This document shows, in pieces, positions 26,625 through 35,430 of a stretch of 41,201 nucleotides of DNA. The stretch comes from a virus (taxonomy: Duplodnaviria > Caudoviricetes), in IMG/VR virus record IMGVR_UViG_3300048599_000883, positions 1 through 41,201 of that record. One strand, given 5' to 3'. Numbering within the stretch: position 1 is the stretch's first letter; each line of letters opens with the position of its first letter. The notes under the pieces were generated by a model that was not told the origin of the DNA, ran no database searches, and saw nothing but the letters and a program-made list of their open reading frames with translations. Made by a program: the position numbers and the translations under genes.

Positions 26625-27574
26625 GGGGTTGCTCCTGCTGTTCGTTGGCGGTGGGCTGCGAGGTCGATGACGGGGGCGCCGTTGTCGGCGGTGTCGACGA
26701 CGGCGGTGTCTTCGGTGAGGCGATCGGGGCGTGGTGGTGCTGGTCCGTGGTTGGCGACGACGGTGAGCGGCGGCGCGCCGGTGCAGCCGGGGACGACGTG
26801 CTCGGCGAGCTGCTCGGGCGTGAGCTCGGGGTGCTGCTCGGCGGCCAGCGCGACGTCGCCGAGCCAGACCCGGGTCGCGGTCTCGATGCAGCCGGCTCGG
26901 TGAGCGGTGCGGCTGGTGCGGATGTGCACGCCGTCGTCGACGGCTCGCTGGTGATCGGCGGCGCCGATGACGGCGCACGCTGCTCGAGCTCGATCGACCG
27001 TGGCCGAGTCGTCGTCCGTCGTTGTGGTCGCACTTGAACGACTCGAAGACGACGACGGGGAAGTAGGGGAACAGGGGAGTCGCGGGGCTGACCCCGCGCT
27101 GTAGGTGCCGCTACCCCGCGCTCTAGGGTGCGCCACCCCGCGCTCTAGGTCGTTGTCCACAGGCCCGGGCTCAGAGTAGGGAGCGGGGTCAACCCCGCTC
27201 CCTAGGTCGTGCACACGGTCGTGTGCGTCGGGGTAGAGCGCGGGGTCAGCCCCGCGCTCTACGGGGAGGAAGGTCGGGCGCCGGCGCGCGCCGGCGTGGC
27301 GGTTGCCGGCGCTCTCGCGGATCCAGTAGCCGAGGTCGTGGAGCGCGGCGAGTATGCCGCGCACCGCGGAGTCGGGCAGCGCGAGCACGGTGCAGATCTG
27401 GGGGACGGTCTCGTCGGCATAGCCGCGGTCGTCTCGGTAGCGGTCGGCGAGGAGCAGGGCGACCATGACGACTCGGTCGGCGCTGGGGCGGCGCTTCGCA
27501 TTCGGGAGCTCAGCGACTCGAGAGCGGAGCTCGGGGATGATCGCCCAGGTGGCGGTCGTGGCTGTCAGGCTCAC
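26621..27574 (-). CDS. Replication initiator (lambda O-like architecture)
   Basis: N-terminal winged helix (VALLLADRY...GYA...AVRGILAALHDLGYW), a low-complexity linker encoded by iteron repeats, and a C-terminal helical domain. Confidence 0.75.
   Translation of the reverse strand: MSLTATTATWAIIPELRSRVAELPNAKRRPSADRVVMVALLLADRYRDDRGYADETVPQICTVLALPDSAVRGILAALHDLGYWIRESAGNRHAGARRRPTFLPVERGADPALYPDAHDRVHDLGSGVDPAPYSEPGPVDNDLERGVAHPRARGSGTYSAGSAPRLPCSPTSPSSSSSRSSATTTTDDDSATVDRARAACAVIGAADHQRAVDDGVHIRTSRTAHRAGCIETATRVWLGDVALAAEQHPELTPEQLAEHVVPGCTGAPPLTVVANHGPAPPRPDRLTEDTAVVDTADNGAPVIDLAAHRQRTAGATP
27081..27262. repeat. Replication origin: iterons, palindromes and a DnaA box
   Basis: ACCCCGCGCT(C/G)TAGG at 27091, 27113 and 27135 (22-bp period); TTGTCCACA at 27153-27161; perfect 13-bp inverted repeats at 27177-27204 and 27233-27262 built from the same unit. 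Confidence 0.85.
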
Positions 27575-28419
27575 GTAGGGGGCGCCTCCTCGGTCTGCTC
27601 GTGGCTCCCCAGCCGGACGGATGGATCTGCGAACGCCGTGGTGAGCGCGGTGCGCACCTGGTCGGTGCCGTCGGCGATCGCGCGGAGCTGCTCACCCTGT
27701 CGGGTGAGCCGATCGGCGATCGTGTCGGGCCCCTGGATGACGGCCTGGTCGACGAGTCGAACGAGCGCCCCGAGGCGCTGGGCGTGGTGCGGGTAGCGGC
27801 CGAGCCTGAGGCCGGACGCGTCTTCGAAGGCGCTGATCGTCTCCTCGAGCCGGTCGCGTTCGTTGCGCACGCTCTGCACGGCGTAGGAGTCCTCTGACGG
27901 CGCGCCCCACTCGGGCTGTCGCTTCGCGTGTTCGTAGCCCTGGTCGAAGCCGACGGAGCGCTCTCGGTTGAGGGCGTTGATGCCGGCGTCGGCCGACGCT
28001 CGCAGCATCCCGACGAGCGTGGGCCACCCCAAGTCGGCGCGCTCGGTGTTGCGCGGCGCCGCTACCGCCTGGCGTGCGCCTTTCGAGGTGCAGGCGAGCA
28101 GGCCCCACGTCGGTGGGAGCTCCGCGCGGATCTTCGGTGCGATCTCGGCCGGTGCTGCGATCCAGAAGCGGTCGCAGCGCTGCCACCACCAGTCGGCCTT
28201 CTCGGGCTCTTTGAGCTCACGGCGGAAGTCGGACATCGAGACCTTGATCTCGATGCCGTCGATGGCCAGGCCCCGCGACTTCCAGAGCGACACGACCAGG
28301 GCGTCGAGCTTGCGGCCGCCGCGGTCCGAGCCCTGGGGCGCTTCGAAGATCGTGAGGTACTGGTCGCCCGGGTACCGGGCGAGGAGTGCGTCGCGCACGT
28401 CCGCCGCGGTCATCGTCAC
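27571..28419 (-). CDS. PD-(D/E)XK nuclease (MmcB-like) with a coiled-coil C-terminus
   Basis: E...RKLDAL...GIEIKVS.SDFRRELKEPEK...CDRFWIAAP...P.WGL. Confidence 0.75.
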   Translation of the reverse strand: MTMTAADVRDALLARYPGDQYLTIFEAPQGSDRGGRKLDALVVSLWKSRGLAIDGIEIKVSMSDFRRELKEPEKADWWWQRCDRFWIAAPAEIAPKIRAELPPTWGLLACTSKGARQAVAAPRNTERADLGWPTLVGMLRASADAGINALNRERSVGFDQGYEHAKRQPEWGAPSEDSYAVQSVRNERDRLEETISAFEDASGLRLGRYPHHAQRLGALVRLVDQAVIQGPDTIADRLTRQGEQLRAIADGTDQVRTALTTAFADPSVRLGSHEQTEEAPPT

Positions 28420-28748
28420 GGGACGAGCCTCCGGCGGCGGCGCTCACGGGCCTCACGCACAGCGCGCTGCCACGAGCGGATGTAGGACTCGGCGTCCTCC
28501 TGCAGGAACACAATCGCCTCGGTCTCGTCGAGCTCGACGAACACGTCGACGTCGGTCCTCGGGTGCTCGAGGTAGCGGTCCGGGTTCGCGGTGATCATCT
28601 GCTCGAGCGCGGCCTTCACGTCGCCGTCGTCCCTCAGAACGCGTGGGTGCTTCCTGAGCCAGCCGGCGAGTTCGACGGCGATGTCGTACGCGGAGTTGAT
28701 GCTGATGTCGTTGGTCTCTTGTTCGGTCCGGGTGACGTGGATGTTCAC
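28416..28748 (-). CDS. Hypothetical protein
   Basis: 110 aa with GTGA overlaps on both sides. Confidence 0.7.
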   Translation of the reverse strand: MNIHVTRTEQETNDISINSAYDIAVELAGWLRKHPRVLRDDGDVKAALEQMITANPDRYLEHPRTDVDVFVELDETEAIVFLQEDAESYIRSWQRAVREARERRRRRLVP

Positions 28749-29152
28749 GCGCGGGCCTCGTCGAGGTAGCGCCACTCGATGCGAGTGACGTGGTCGTCAG
28801 GGCGGCATCCCATCTGCTCGCAGAACCAGGTGACCCACGACCCGACGGTGGGCTGGCCGGTGTCGCCGTAGAACTCGTCGAAGTCGTGCTCGTCGACGGG
28901 CACGACCTCGAGAGCGATGTCCTCGTCTGTGATGTCCCACAGCCGCTCGCGACGAACCTCGACGACCTCGACCAGGGCGAGGCGCACGAGCGGCTCGACG
29001 GTGCCGTCAGGGCGCCGGCGGCCCATCACCTTGCGGCACAGCTGCAGCTGGTCGCCGGCCTTCAGGGCGTGCCACCCGAGGCGGCGCGTGACGGTCTTTC
29101 GGCGCTCGACCACGGCCTGCTCGGTGAGCGCTACCGACATGAGGCGCGCCAT
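28745..29152 (-). CDS. ASCH/PUA-like domain protein
   Basis: KTVTRRLGW..LKAGD...VRRERL.DIT.ED...E...VTRIEW. Confidence 0.8.
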   Translation of the reverse strand: MARLMSVALTEQAVVERRKTVTRRLGWHALKAGDQLQLCRKVMGRRRPDGTVEPLVRLALVEVVEVRRERLWDITDEDIALEVVPVDEHDFDEFYGDTGQPTVGSWVTWFCEQMGCRPDDHVTRIEWRYLDEARA

Positions 29153-29487
29153 CAGCGTGTGCCTCGGTCGGCGAGCTGCTCGCGTGCCTGGGCGACGAGC
29201 TGGTCGTAGGTGAGGCGCTTCTCGTTCTCACCAGCGCGGTTGCCTCGCACGAGCGCCTGGGGGGTGGAGTCGCGGTCGATCAGCGTGTGCCCGTGTTCCT
29301 CGAGGCGAGTGCGTGCGGCCTGGGCGAGTTCGAGCGCCTCACGGGCGTCGGCCACTTCGGCGTCGAGAATCTCGAGTACTTCGGTCTCGGTGAACGCTCG
29401 GCTGGGGGCGTCGCACGGGCCGGACCACTCGACGTAGACGTCGTCGGCGAGCTTGATGATCGGGCCGTGCCGTCGGCGGCGCGTCAT
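29152..29487 (-). CDS. Hypothetical protein
   Basis: 111 aa; YVEWS..CDAP...NRAGENE..LT; GGAGG RBS. Confidence 0.7.
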   Translation of the reverse strand: MTRRRRHGPIIKLADDVYVEWSGPCDAPSRAFTETEVLEILDAEVADAREALELAQAARTRLEEHGHTLIDRDSTPQALVRGNRAGENEKRLTYDQLVAQAREQLADRGTR

Positions 29488-29804
29488 CGTTGGTTCCTCC
29501 GCGTGACCACGTCGAGGGCGACGATCGTGAGCTGGGCGTGCGCGACGCCCTCGGCCAGCGCGGCGATGCGCGCGACGCCGCTCCACGAGTAGACGACCCC
29601 AGCGGCGATGAGGAACTGGGGGACCGCGAACCACCAGCGGCCCTCGCTCCAGAGGTGGATGCCGTCGACGGCTGCGCTGAACCCGACCAGCGCGAACACG
29701 ATCTTGACGACGTGCGCGGCGAGGACGAGCCGTCGGATGGCGGGTGGGCAGTGGCGCGCGAGGTCGATCTGAGCGGCGAGCTTCTGGCGGCCGGTCGCGG
29801 TCAT
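29484..29804 (-). CDS. Hypothetical membrane protein
   Basis: Two hydrophobic helices; coupled overlaps. Confidence 0.65.
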   Translation of the reverse strand: MTATGRQKLAAQIDLARHCPPAIRRLVLAAHVVKIVFALVGFSAAVDGIHLWSEGRWWFAVPQFLIAAGVVYSWSGVARIAALAEGVAHAQLTIVALDVVTRRNQR

Positions 29805-30124
29805 GTGTCCGCGCCGATCGCGGGGCCGGCGGTCATCGGGGTGAGCGGACCGTGCCCCTCGAGCAGAGCGCGCCAGGTCGTCGACGGGCCCGATGGATGT
29901 CGCAGCCAGTTGCCGGACGGGATCAGGTGCCAGACCGCACCGTCGCAGTCGAGGACCGCGCGGATGCCGGCGGGGCCGTTGGACGCGACCCACTCGTCGC
30001 AGAGCGGCTTGAGGATCGATCCTGCGAGCTCCAGGCGTTCGGGCGGCGAGGTGGCGATCTCGCGGATCTGGTCGTCGGTGAGCTCGACGTCGAATGTGAC
30101 GAGCAGACCCGGGTTCTCATCCAC
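29801..30124 (-). CDS. Hypothetical protein
   Basis: 107 aa; GGAGG RBS; VLDCDGAVW...W..LLE.HGPL. Confidence 0.65.
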   Translation of the reverse strand: MDENPGLLVTFDVELTDDQIREIATSPPERLELAGSILKPLCDEWVASNGPAGIRAVLDCDGAVWHLIPSGNWLRHPSGPSTTWRALLEGHGPLTPMTAGPAIGADT

Positions 30125-30965
30125 GGGTGCCTCCGGTGGTGTCGGCGGGGGCGCTCATGTGCTGGCCGCCGTAGCGCTCGCGCTTGGCCAGCGCCGAGCT
30201 CACGAGGCTGGCGATGGCGTCGGTGACGGAGCGGCCGCCGCTGCTCGAGGAGTGGATGGCGTCGTCGTCGAGGTCCCAGCTGTTCTCGCCCTTGCCGGGC
30301 ACGGGGATCGGGACGCCGGGGGTGACCTTGGTGCTGTAGGTGACGCGGGCGGGTCGGAGGCGGCCGAGGCGGGTTGGCCAGGTGGTGACGTGTCGGGTGG
30401 TCTCGTAGGTGGCCGGGTAGTTGCGTTCGGGCATCGGGACGGTGCAGACGCCGTCGTCGACGATGGATGTCGTGTGGTGGGCGCGGCCGAGGAGGTTGCT
30501 GATGCCGATGGTGTGTTCGGTGCGGTGCCAGGGGGCGTCTCGGGACCAGCTGTCGCGAGGTGCCCAGATCTGGATGCGGGCCTTCGCGTGGTCCCAGTGG
30601 CCGGTCGAGTCGGTGGCGTGGAGCTGGGCACCGACGACGCGCGACTCGTAGCCGGGGACGAGCCAGTGTTCGGGGAGGAGCCCGGACGTGTGCAGCCAGA
30701 GCGACCCGAGGCGGGAGGCGTAGAGCGCGAGGGCGAGATCTCGTTCGGATCCGGCGGTGCCGACCTTGAGCTGCCAGCCGAGGCCGTGGCCACGGGTGAG
30801 CAGGGACCATTCGGCGCCGAGCTCGAGGTCCCAGCGGTGGCCGTTGCGCGGGTTGGTGCGGCCGCCTCGGCGTCTCCTCCAGAGCGCGCGGCCGGCGCGC
30901 CAGAGCGGGCGGTCGCGGTCGAGAGGGCGCAGGTACGCCCAGATGGGGGATTCGGTGTCGGTCAT
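30117..30965 (-). CDS. Hypothetical Trp-rich beta protein
   Basis: 282 aa; IPVPGKGENSWD.DDDA...R.RYG C-terminus; coupled to the upstream gene. Confidence 0.7.
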   Translation of the reverse strand: MTDTESPIWAYLRPLDRDRPLWRAGRALWRRRRGGRTNPRNGHRWDLELGAEWSLLTRGHGLGWQLKVGTAGSERDLALALYASRLGSLWLHTSGLLPEHWLVPGYESRVVGAQLHATDSTGHWDHAKARIQIWAPRDSWSRDAPWHRTEHTIGISNLLGRAHHTTSIVDDGVCTVPMPERNYPATYETTRHVTTWPTRLGRLRPARVTYSTKVTPGVPIPVPGKGENSWDLDDDAIHSSSSGGRSVTDAIASLVSSALAKRERYGGQHMSAPADTTGGTRG

Positions 30966-31336
30966 GCGGCCTCGTCAGGGCGGGGTGTGAGCTCGACGAC
31001 GACGTCGGAGCTCGTGGTGGACAGGACGGGTTCCGTGGTGGTGACCCAGGCGGCGTTGTCGTCGGGCCAGACGCCGGCGTCGACCAGGCCGTCGATGACG
31101 GCCTTCATGGTCGGGGCCCAGTTGTGCGGGTCGCGTGTGCGGGCCGCTCGGACCGGGATCGTGATGGTCACGGTGCACGGGGGTCGGGCCCGGGCGGCGG
31201 GGGAGCGGCCGAGCTGGAGCGCGGCGGTGTGCGCGGTCTGGCGCCACAGGCGGGTGCGGCGACGCTGCACGGCCCAGTGGTCGCGGTCGTTCATCGTGAG
31301 CGGCTTGCCCGGCGGGGGGAATGTGAACCGGTTCAC
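30962..31336 (-). CDS. rusA: RusA-like Holliday junction resolvase
   Basis: LTMN.R.HW...RDPHN..PT.KAVIDGLVDAGVWPDDN. Confidence 0.85.
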   Translation of the reverse strand: MNRFTFPPPGKPLTMNDRDHWAVQRRRTRLWRQTAHTAALQLGRSPAARARPPCTVTITIPVRAARTRDPHNWAPTMKAVIDGLVDAGVWPDDNAAWVTTTEPVLSTTSSDVVVELTPRPDEAA

Positions 31337-31722
31337 GAGGTAAGGCCCATGAACGTGAAGGTGACGATGTAGCGGTCGGTGGTGGGCTCGTCGACCGCGC
31401 GGGAGCTGACGAGCACGTGCTCCTGGACGCGGTGGTAGTAGCGGGCGGCGTAGCCGAGCGCGCGGTGCAGCGCCTTCTGCAGCGATGTGTCGCGCAGGTG
31501 GAACTGGAGCTCGTGGGCCGGGTCGGTTCGTGGCTTCTCACCGGTAAGCCGGCCGCGGTACTCGAGGGTGACTTTCCACTCGCTCTTCCCGGGGGCGCGG
31601 ACAGCCCTCGAGGACACGAGGTCGTAGGGCGTGGCACCGAACCAGGCCTTCGCGGTGTCGGTCGCGGCGGGCATGGCGTCGAGCAGCTCGTGGACGTGCG
31701 CGGTGACGGCCAGGTCATGCAC
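31333..31722 (-). CDS. Hypothetical protein
   Basis: 129 aa ORF filling the operon gap. Confidence 0.6.
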   Translation of the reverse strand: MHDLAVTAHVHELLDAMPAATDTAKAWFGATPYDLVSSRAVRAPGKSEWKVTLEYRGRLTGEKPRTDPAHELQFHLRDTSLQKALHRALGYAARYYHRVQEHVLVSSRAVDEPTTDRYIVTFTFMGLTS

Positions 31723-32179
31723 TGGCGCCTCCGGTGCGTGCTCGCCCGCGGCGGGCCTTGAGCGGCACGACGCCGGCGACGTCGCCGGCCTGGGCGGCGT
31801 CGTGCGCGGCCTGGGTCGCTACGAGCTCGTCGAACTCGTCGCGGTGCTCATCGATGAGCTGGGCGATGGCGAGGACCTCGTAGCGGAACGTCGGCTCGCC
31901 GCGTCGGCGGCCCCAGCCCGCTGTGGTCTGGATCTCGCGCGCCAGGCAGGCGACCGGGTTCTCGTCCCACGACGGGTGGCGCTGCGCCGTGTGGAGACAC
32001 GTCACACACGTCGTCATGTACGTGCGCTCCCGGCCGAGGCGCTTCGCCTTCGCTGCCAGCTCGTCGCGGCTGATCGTCTGGTGCTTCTCCGGGTCGAGTC
32101 CGCACTCGGTGCGGCGCTGGGCGGTACGCCACGGGAGCGTCGGTCGTTCGACGTGGTCGAGGATGAGCGGCTCTGTCAC
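31715..32179 (-). CDS. Hypothetical protein with a Cys/His cluster
   Basis: H...TECG...CVTC; 154 aa. Confidence 0.65.
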   Translation of the reverse strand: MTEPLILDHVERPTLPWRTAQRRTECGLDPEKHQTISRDELAAKAKRLGRERTYMTTCVTCLHTAQRHPSWDENPVACLAREIQTTAGWGRRRGEPTFRYEVLAIAQLIDEHRDEFDELVATQAAHDAAQAGDVAGVVPLKARRGRARTGGASA

Positions 32180-32400
32180 GGCTCGAGGACCTCGGAGAGG
32201 ACGTGATCGAGCAGGTCATCGTCGACGTCGATCGCCGTGATGATCCCGACGGCCAGCTGTAGCGCGAGCTCGTGCTCGATCGCCACGGCTCGCGAATCGC
32301 CGATCGAGAACCGGACGTGGGTGTCGTCCGACTCGATCACGAGGACCATGGCGTCGGCGTCCTGGTCCTCGTGATCGCCGGGTGCGGTCTGGTCGGCCAC
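32176..32400 (-). CDS. Small acidic hypothetical protein
   Basis: CAGGAG RBS before GTG at 32400; 74 aa. Confidence 0.55.
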   Translation of the reverse strand: MADQTAPGDHEDQDADAMVLVIESDDTHVRFSIGDSRAVAIEHELALQLAVGIITAIDVDDDLLDHVLSEVLEP

Positions 32401-32432
32401 GGTGGGCTCCTGTCGGGTTGTGTCGGCGCGGC

Positions 32433-32906
32433 TCACCGGGCGTGGCCCGGGCCGAGTGCTGGCAGATCGGACGGCATGGCGCCGGTGGCGTACGCGGCTT
32501 CGACCTGCGGGGCCATCCACTCGCCGGCGGTCTGACCGTTCGGGAGCACGATGTGACCGAGGAACTCGGTCTCGAACGCGCTGATGCCGGCGTCGACGGC
32601 CTCGAGCTTGGCCTTCACGACGAGCGACAGGGCGCGCCACCGCTGCCGGCACGCCTGCTCCCACAGCTTGAGCGCCGCGTCGGGGGTGCGGGCGCCTCTC
32701 GAGTGGTGGGTGAAGGTGCGGTCGTCACGCGCGGGCATGCGGAGCACGAACCTCACCTGGCGGCCCTCGCAACGGAACCCGATGACGGCCTGGTCCTGGT
32801 CCCAGCCGTACATGAACTGATCAGCGCCGTAGCGCTGCAGCGTGCGCTCGATCTCACCGCGCGACGCCTCGGACGACACCGTGGTGTTCTCCGCGTACCG
32901 GCTCAT
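32433..32906 (-). CDS. Conserved phage hypothetical protein
   Basis: YAENTTV...SR.EIE.TL.RYGA..F...RQRWRAL.LV.KAKLEAV..GI..FE.EFL, a pattern recurrent in phages; function unknown. Confidence 0.8.
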   Translation of the reverse strand: MSRYAENTTVSSEASRGEIERTLQRYGADQFMYGWDQDQAVIGFRCEGRQVRFVLRMPARDDRTFTHHSRGARTPDAALKLWEQACRQRWRALSLVVKAKLEAVDAGISAFETEFLGHIVLPNGQTAGEWMAPQVEAAYATGAMPSDLPALGPGHAR

Positions 32907-33292
32907 CGTCGACCTGCCTTCTCGGCGGCGTTGGCCGCGCCGTTGGCGGAGTCGCGCAGGAGCCGGCCGAGGCTGCGCAGCCCGTCGGGTTCACCGAGGA
33001 ACGCGAGCTTCGTGACGGGTGTCGGCCCCGAGATCGGGTCGCCGATCTGCCAGGTCATCTCGAGGATGGCGAGCGGGCCCAGGCGGTCGTGGAGCGCGAC
33101 CATCGAGCGGACGTCGACTTGGTCAGCGATCGGGCAGTCGAGCCCGAACGCAGCGGAGAGCCCTTCCTTCGGGATCGTCTCGTACGGCAGTTCGGTGCCG
33201 CCACGGGTGTGCTCGAGCCAGAGCCGCATCGGGTGATCGCCGATCGGGTCGCCGCACACCCGGCATGGCATGTCGAGCTCGTCGGTGCTCAC
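32903..33292 (-). CDS. Hypothetical protein
   Basis: N-terminal CxxC...H...H; AAGGAGG RBS. Confidence 0.65.
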   Translation of the reverse strand: MSTDELDMPCRVCGDPIGDHPMRLWLEHTRGGTELPYETIPKEGLSAAFGLDCPIADQVDVRSMVALHDRLGPLAILEMTWQIGDPISGPTPVTKLAFLGEPDGLRSLGRLLRDSANGAANAAEKAGRR

Positions 33293-33669
33293 GATGGGCC
33301 CTCCTTGGACTCGTTGTGGGAGCGCACGGCGCGCTCGAGGCGCGTCCGGGCGGCGAAGTACTTCTTGCAGTCACAGTCGGCGCCGGGCGGGTTCGGGCAC
33401 TCGGACCAGTGGCCGACGAGCTCGTTCACGAGCACGGCGTCTGCGACCAGGGCTTCGAGCGCCGCGAGGCGAGACGCCGACGCCGGCTGGAGCTGGGTGA
33501 CCCTGACCCGAAGCGTGACTTTCTCGTTCTCGATGGTGGCGACGGGCGGGGGGAACCCGACCGCCTCCATCCCGCGGCACCACTCGGGCACCTCCCAGGA
33601 CCACTCGATGGCGAGCGGACCCAGGTCGTCCAGGCCGTCGACTTCGACGTCGATCCTCATGATGGGCAT
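33289..33669 (-). CDS. Hypothetical protein
   Basis: 126 aa; C-terminal H...C......CDC. Confidence 0.6.
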   Translation of the reverse strand: MPIMRIDVEVDGLDDLGPLAIEWSWEVPEWCRGMEAVGFPPPVATIENEKVTLRVRVTQLQPASASRLAALEALVADAVLVNELVGHWSECPNPPGADCDCKKYFAARTRLERAVRSHNESKEGPS

Positions 33670-33935
33670 GTCCCGGTTAGCGCCACGACCGTCGGGCATG
33701 GCCACGCGCGAAGGAGCGCCGTGTCGCCGTCGTGGTCGTGGCCGCACTCGTTGCAGACCAGCATCGGCACCGTGTGCCCTTCGCAGGTCGCCGGCGTGCA
33801 CTCAGGGAACCGCTCGGCGTGCTCTTCGGCTCCTGGGCCGTCGACCCAGAGCTCGGCCTCGGTCTCATAGGACCGGTGGATCCCCGGCACCGTGGCCACC
33901 CGCGCGGCGAGCACCGCCTCGTTCGCCGCGCTCAC
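33657..33935 (-). CDS. Hypothetical Zn-binding protein
   Basis: H...CNEC...WPCPT motif common in small actinophage proteins. Confidence 0.65.
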   Translation of the reverse strand: MSAANEAVLAARVATVPGIHRSYETEAELWVDGPGAEEHAERFPECTPATCEGHTVPMLVCNECGHDHDGDTALLRAWPCPTVVALTGTCPS

Positions 33936-34102
33936 GACGCACCGCCAGGGATCGCGCGCAGGTGGCCCCGTGACGTGGGAGAGTTGCTGGGCGAGACCGA
34001 CATCGGTGGAGTGGACACCTCGGGTCGGGCCCGCCCAGCAGGCGTGGCGCCACAGGCGGCGCAGCCCGGCACGTGGCACTCGATCGTGGACTGCTCGCTC
34101 AT
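33932..34102 (-). CDS. Small hypothetical protein
   Basis: 56 aa with ATGA/GTGA overlaps; CH..GC..C. Confidence 0.5.
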   Translation of the reverse strand: MSEQSTIECHVPGCAACGATPAGRARPEVSTPPMSVSPSNSPTSRGHLRAIPGGAS

Positions 34103-35430
34103 GCCGTCACCGGCCTGGTGCGCAGCACGTAGGTGAACTGCTCGACCTTCACGACGTAGAGGTCGGACTTGAGTCGGGACAGCGCCTGGAGCAGCTGCTC
34201 GTTCGTCGCGTCCGAGATCTGGCGGGCGAGCTGGTCGAGGTGCCATCGCGCTCCCGGGACGCCGGTGAGCATCACGTCGACGATCTGGCGGGGGACCCCG
34301 AGGATCGCGTCCGGCGACGGGATGGCGAACTCGAGCACCGTCGGCTCGTCGTCGGGTTCGGTGGCCGGCGGGGTGGGGGCAGGGTCGCCATCCGCCAGAA
34401 CGGTGCCTGCCGCGCCCTCCCCGCCGGCGTTCTCGTCGGCCGCCGGTGGATCGGCGTGCTCGAGCGTTGACGGTTCGGGCTCCGGGCCGCGCTCGTTGGC
34501 CTGGTAGACGCCCGGCGAGATGCGACGGAGCCTGTTCTTCGCTGCGAGGTTGGCCATGGTGGCGCCGACGTTCTTCACCTTCGGATGGCCCAGGACGTCG
34601 GCGACCGACGCCGGGTCCCACTCCTCGGCCGGGTACGCATCGAGCAGCGCGACGATCCGATCGGTCAGCCGGTGCGTGTCGTCGAGCGGAGGCTCATGCA
34701 TCTGGGACCCCCCCCGCTCGATCGGGCCGCCCCACGCCTCGACCTGGTCGCCGTCCTCGGCCGGGGTGACATCGGGGGTAAAGGTTTCAGCGGCGATGTC
34801 ACCTTCGGAGGTGCCGGCGCCCGGCGGGGCGATCACGACGTGGTCGACCAGGGCGTCGTCGACCTCGGTCGTGCCCGTCGAGACGTGGGAGCCGTCGTGC
34901 CCGGGCGGCAGCGTGCAGGCGAAGCCGAGCACGTCCGCAGGGCACACGGCGGCGGGGTCATCGTCGGTGGCCGGCTGGCCCGCCACCCACGTCATGTCGT
35001 CGACGCTGCTGCGGTGCGCGCCGGCGTGGCCGGCCTCTCGGTCGCACACGGTGAAGTCGCCGTCGCTGATCCAGGACGCACCGCAGTAGTGGGGCGTGCT
35101 GGCGGTGTACCCGACCGGTGCGAAGCCATCGGGCCCGGTGGGCTCGCCGAAGACACTCCCCAGAGGGGCGACCCAGATCCGCCCGTCGCCTGGGAGTTGC
35201 GTCACGCCGGCGAGCGTGCGGAGGTCCTTCTCGTCCTGGTCGAGCAGCGCATCGATGTCGGCCCTGATCGCCTCGGCGCTGGCGGGGCCTTCGGTCATCG
35301 CATCGAACACGTCCTCGGGGATGCCTGCGCCGGCGGGCGCGGGATCCGGGGGGTCGATGGTGACGTTGCAGGTCACGGTCGTCTCTGGGCCGGTCGAGCT
35401 GAACGTCAGGTTGAGGTTGATGGTTGTCAC
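34099..35430 (-). CDS. Mosaic protein with two C-C-H-H fingers and two winged helices
   Basis: C..C....GH.G.H twice; LTDRIVALL...LAAKNRLRRISPGVY winged helix plus a second helix-turn-helix-like C-terminal unit; acidic linkers. Confidence 0.7.
   Translation of the reverse strand: MTTINLNLTFSSTGPETTVTCNVTIDPPDPAPAGAGIPEDVFDAMTEGPASAEAIRADIDALLDQDEKDLRTLAGVTQLPGDGRIWVAPLGSVFGEPTGPDGFAPVGYTASTPHYCGASWISDGDFTVCDREAGHAGAHRSSVDDMTWVAGQPATDDDPAAVCPADVLGFACTLPPGHDGSHVSTGTTEVDDALVDHVVIAPPGAGTSEGDIAAETFTPDVTPAEDGDQVEAWGGPIERGGSQMHEPPLDDTHRLTDRIVALLDAYPAEEWDPASVADVLGHPKVKNVGATMANLAAKNRLRRISPGVYQANERGPEPEPSTLEHADPPAADENAGGEGAAGTVLADGDPAPTPPATEPDDEPTVLEFAIPSPDAILGVPRQIVDVMLTGVPGARWHLDQLARQISDATNEQLLQALSRLKSDLYVVKVEQFTYVLRTRPVTA

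Noticed and set aside
27081-27262. Possible mini-CRISPR array
   Set aside because: The period is only 22 bp, orientation is mixed, it lies inside a CDS, and no cas genes are present; iterons fit better.
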